DNA of 64,000 nucleotides from an uncultured Nitrospiraceae bacterium (GTDB taxonomy: Bacteria; Nitrospirota; Nitrospiria; Nitrospirales; Nitrospiraceae). The notes under the pieces are model-generated. The model was not told the DNA's origin, did not search any database, and saw nothing but the letters and a program-made list of their open reading frames with translations. Position 1 is the stretch's first letter. Every line of letters begins with the position of its first letter. The stretch is from contig CAVSTP010000004.1 of assembly GCA_963730935.1 (NCBI GenBank), positions 1,440,001-1,504,000 on the forward strand. Reading direction: 5' to 3'. The position numbers were made by a program, and so were the translations under genes. This document shows, piece by piece, positions 61,111 through 64,000 of the stretch.

Positions 61111-61374
61111 TGTGGATAACCACTTTATATTTGAAGCTGAACGGCGTGGGCTACGTAGATTGCCTCAAGGCGAACTATGGTCACACTCGCGCTGATTTAC
61201 TAATTGTATTCTTCACTGGCTGGGAAAATCCGTCACACCATATATAGTAGTGAGAAGATGCAGGGCTTCTATGCCTAACAAATAGGCAATCTGGTACCCA
61301 CTTGCTACCGGACAGCTTAAAAAAGATGTAAAAAGTTTGTTGTGCACAGATTTATCCACAGAAGGTGTGGACCC
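61111..61374. promoter_or_regulatory. DnaA-box cluster in an AT-rich convergent intergenic region
   Basis: Perfect TGTGGATAA (61111) and TTATCCACA (61352), with degenerate TTGTGCACA (61340) and TGTGGACCC (61366). Confidence 0.55.
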
Positions 61375-61434
61375 ACAAATCACTATCGTTCGCGGGTCGC
61401 CATGAGAGGTCCGTGAGGGAACGAGAAGGCATCC

Positions 61435-62553
61435 CTATTTCGTTTTTCGATATGCAATCCGATAAATCACTCCCGCCTCATCATCCGACACTAACATCGA
61501 CCCATCGGGCATCTGCAGAATGTCCACCGGCCGTCCCCACGCCTGCTCGTCTTGCTGCCACCCTTCTGCGAACACCGAGTATCGCAACTTCCCGTCTTTC
61601 TGCGGCGTAGCCATCGTAATGCGATACCCGATTTTCTTGCTGCGATTCCACGAGCCATGCTCGGCAATAAAGATGCGCCCTCGATATTCGGGCGGAAACA
61701 TCGATCCCGTGTAGAACTTCATCCCCAAAGAGGCCACGTGCGGTCCTAATTCAAGGGCGGGGGCACGAAACTCGCTGCAGGGATGTTCTTTCCCGAGTTC
61801 CGGATCGCTAATGTCATTCCCATGGCAGTATGGATAGCCGAAGTGTAATCCGTCCTTGGGCGCATGGTTCAGCTCATCCGGCGGTTGATCGTCTCCCAGC
61901 CAATCCCGGCCGTTGTCCGTAAACCAGAGCTGCTTGGTTGATGGATCCCAGTCGAAACCCACCGAGTTGCGAATGCCGCGCGCGACGACTTCATAGCCTG
62001 AACCATCGGGGTTCATGCGGGCAATATGGCCATGCCGCTCGTAGTCGACTTCGCAAATGTTGCACGGCACCCCGACCGCCACATACAGTTTGCCATCGGG
62101 ACCGAACGCCAGATATTTCCAGCCGTGGTGGTGGTCTTTCGGGAGTTTATCCGTGATGACGATGGGAGCCGGCGGATCGCTCAGATGTTGTTCGATGTCG
62201 TCAAACCGTAGAATCCGATCCACGGCCGAGACATAGAGAGATCCGTTTCGATAGGCCACCCCGACCGGCATGTCCAAACCTTTGGCCAGCATGTAGACAC
62301 GGTCTGCCCGATGATCGCCATTCTCGTCCACCACGGCGTACACGCGGCCTTCTTTCCTAGTGCCGACAAAGAGCGTGCCCTTTTCTCCGCGCGCCATGCC
62401 TCTCGGGTTTTTGACATCGTTCGCATAGAGCGTAATCGAAAACCCGGGCGGTAACTTGACGCTGTCCAGCGCGAGCGAGTCAGCGCGCAGGCACTGCGCA
62501 TAGAGAACCATCGCGAAGATGGCGGTGATGAGGGCACAGAGACGCATCGTCAT
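61435..62553 (-). CDS. PQQ-dependent sugar / L-sorbosone dehydrogenase family protein
   Basis: Signal peptide, KLPPGF, GIRNSVG, DNGRDWLGDD.PPDELN, HGSWNRS and GRPVD. Confidence 0.9.
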   Translation of the reverse strand: MTMRLCALITAIFAMVLYAQCLRADSLALDSVKLPPGFSITLYANDVKNPRGMARGEKGTLFVGTRKEGRVYAVVDENGDHRADRVYMLAKGLDMPVGVAYRNGSLYVSAVDRILRFDDIEQHLSDPPAPIVITDKLPKDHHHGWKYLAFGPDGKLYVAVGVPCNICEVDYERHGHIARMNPDGSGYEVVARGIRNSVGFDWDPSTKQLWFTDNGRDWLGDDQPPDELNHAPKDGLHFGYPYCHGNDISDPELGKEHPCSEFRAPALELGPHVASLGMKFYTGSMFPPEYRGRIFIAEHGSWNRSKKIGYRITMATPQKDGKLRYSVFAEGWQQDEQAWGRPVDILQMPDGSMLVSDDEAGVIYRIAYRKTK

Positions 62554-62568
62554 AGGCTGTCCTTCACT

Positions 62569-63654
62569 TCATGGCACCATATGAAGCGCTCTCTTCCGCA
62601 GCGGCGGTCGCGCGGAGGTCTGTTCCGCCAAGCCGCGGGCCGTGTGAATCAGATGGTGATCCGGGGACCAGCGGCAGACTGGATCCACGGCCTCGAGATG
62701 ACCGGTCAGATGGAACGCCTGACACCGGCATCCGCCAAAGTCGATGGCGCGGTAGACACAGCTGCGGCAGGTGCCGTCCATCCACGCCTCCCCTCGAAAC
62801 CGATTGAAGCCTTCAGACTGTTCCCAGATGTCCAGCAACGGTCTCGTCCCGGCGTGCTCGAACGTGAGCCCCGGCAGCGTGTGGGCCAGATGGCAGGGAA
62901 GGACCAACCCATCCGGACTCACGACGAGATGACGCCGGCCCCACCCGTCCATGCAGGCGCGTGGAACGTCTGCATAGTAATCGGGCGTCACAAAAAGAAT
63001 TTCCATCCTGCCTCGGAGTCTTTCTCGTGCCGCGTGGGCGATCAGCCTCGCCTGTTCGAGCTGTTCTTGGGTCGGCAGCAGGGCGTGCCGGTTCATGAGG
63101 GCCCAGCCTAAATACTGGGTGTTCGCGAGTTCAAGCCTGTCGGCGTGCAAGCCTTCGGCCAGGGCAATGATGTCACGGATCTGTTCGATATTCTGGCGAT
63201 GCAACACGATATTCAACGTCAAGGGGATGCGAAGCACATGCGTCCATCGAGCGACCGCCAGCTTCTTTTTGTGGACCACCAGACCGGCGATTCGATCCGC
63301 GAGCCCCTGCTCTGTCGACTGAAGTGACAATTGAACCGCGTCCAGTCCATTGGCGCGAAGTCGCGTGAGCCGGCGGCGGCTGAGCGGGACGCCGCTGGTG
63401 ATGAGATTGGTATACAAGCCGAGGCGGTGCGCGTGTGCGATGAGTAACTCCAGATCGCTTCGCAACAGCGGTTCTCCGCCGGTCAAATTGACCTGCATGA
63501 CCCCTATCGAGTCCGCTTCAGCGAACAGACGGCACCACTGTTCCGTGTCCAACGCTGGCCGGTCGTCATACGAGATGGGGTTTGAGCAATAGGCGCAATG
63601 AAGCGGACAGCGATAGGTCAGCTCCGCAGTCAGCGTGTAGGGGCGTTCGGCCAT
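62569..63654 (-). CDS. pqqE: PQQ biosynthesis radical SAM peptide cyclase
   Basis: AELTYRCPLHCAYCSNP, ELANTQYLGWA, CMDGWG and DFGGCRCQA. Confidence 0.95.
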   Translation of the reverse strand: MAERPYTLTAELTYRCPLHCAYCSNPISYDDRPALDTEQWCRLFAEADSIGVMQVNLTGGEPLLRSDLELLIAHAHRLGLYTNLITSGVPLSRRRLTRLRANGLDAVQLSLQSTEQGLADRIAGLVVHKKKLAVARWTHVLRIPLTLNIVLHRQNIEQIRDIIALAEGLHADRLELANTQYLGWALMNRHALLPTQEQLEQARLIAHAARERLRGRMEILFVTPDYYADVPRACMDGWGRRHLVVSPDGLVLPCHLAHTLPGLTFEHAGTRPLLDIWEQSEGFNRFRGEAWMDGTCRSCVYRAIDFGGCRCQAFHLTGHLEAVDPVCRWSPDHHLIHTARGLAEQTSARPPLRKRALHMVP

Positions 63655-63660
63655 GAGAGG

Positions 63661-63939
63661 TCATTCCAAGGTCAGGAGGCCGCGGCGGGAGAGGTCACGG
63701 ATCAAGCAGTGCACGTCCTCTTCGATCATATGACGGCGCATGTCGGGGTATTGCCTGGAGAGCGCGTTCACAATGTTTGAAAGGGTCTGATCTCCGCGAC
63801 AGCGTTTAAGGATTTCGCTCGCGGATCGGTTCAACAAGAGACCGCGTTCCGGCCAGAGGAGGAAAAACGCGTCTCGCTGGCGGTCGTAGCGGAGACGGGC
63901 TTTAGGAGTCAGCGTGGGACGGCTCGTATCGTTCATCAT
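63661..63939 (-). CDS. pqqD: PQQ biosynthesis peptide chaperone
   Basis: RLRYDR.R....LLWPE....LN.SA.EIL..C.G, immediately upstream of pqqE. Confidence 0.88.
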   Translation of the reverse strand: MMNDTSRPTLTPKARLRYDRQRDAFFLLWPERGLLLNRSASEILKRCRGDQTLSNIVNALSRQYPDMRRHMIEEDVHCLIRDLSRRGLLTLE

Positions 63940-64000
63940 GAACCCGGCTTCCGCAGTGGGGGCACACATAGGCTGCGTACAGACAGTCCAGGATGTGCCA
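63902..64000 (-). CDS. pqqC: PQQ synthase, 3' end only
   Basis: WHILDCLYAAYV matches the PqqC C-terminal LWxxLDxxxxAY pattern and lies upstream of pqqD. Confidence 0.7.
   Translation of the reverse strand, partial: WHILDCLYAAYVCPHCGSRVHDERYEPSHADS

Noticed and set aside
1..64000. tRNA, rRNA, intact transposase or integrase
   Set aside because: None recognised by eye. tRNAscan-SE, Infernal and ISEScan would be needed to exclude them formally.

Overview
This is a bacterial chromosomal segment, moderately GC-rich by eye. It is most likely Nitrospira (inferred from Nitrospira-type 2-oxoacid:ferredoxin oxidoreductase subunits, many short exported proteins and lipoproteins, and the gene mix). Recognisable genes include a He_PIG/Ig-repeat protein, acetolactate synthase, glgX, a Rieske-FAD oxidoreductase, erpA plus oxidoreductase alpha/beta subunits, csbD and BON, nnrS, two sensor kinases, an NCS2 permease, a GH13 enzyme, a solo groES, a PP2C/anti-sigma/STAS module, a Na/Pi cotransporter and pqqCDE with a PQQ-type dehydrogenase. 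The best candidate for an undescribed system is a minus-strand island at about 44.4-52.3 kb headed by an HTH-WYL regulator. Three separate downstream units there each carry the same promoter architecture: a GTGAC-N7-GTCAC palindrome whose TGTCAC arm sits exactly 10 nt before a TANNNT -10 box. These units contain a vWA protein with a coupled secreted protein, a TerB-like/DUF726 hydrolase and unknown ORFs, which suggests a WYL-activated stress or defence regulon. The window also contains many modular intergenic repeats (about 14 loci), several short duplicated gene fragments, a DnaA-box cluster between convergent genes, and about 10 single-base frameshifts that look like assembly errors. No rRNA, tRNA, CRISPR array or intact transposase was recognised.
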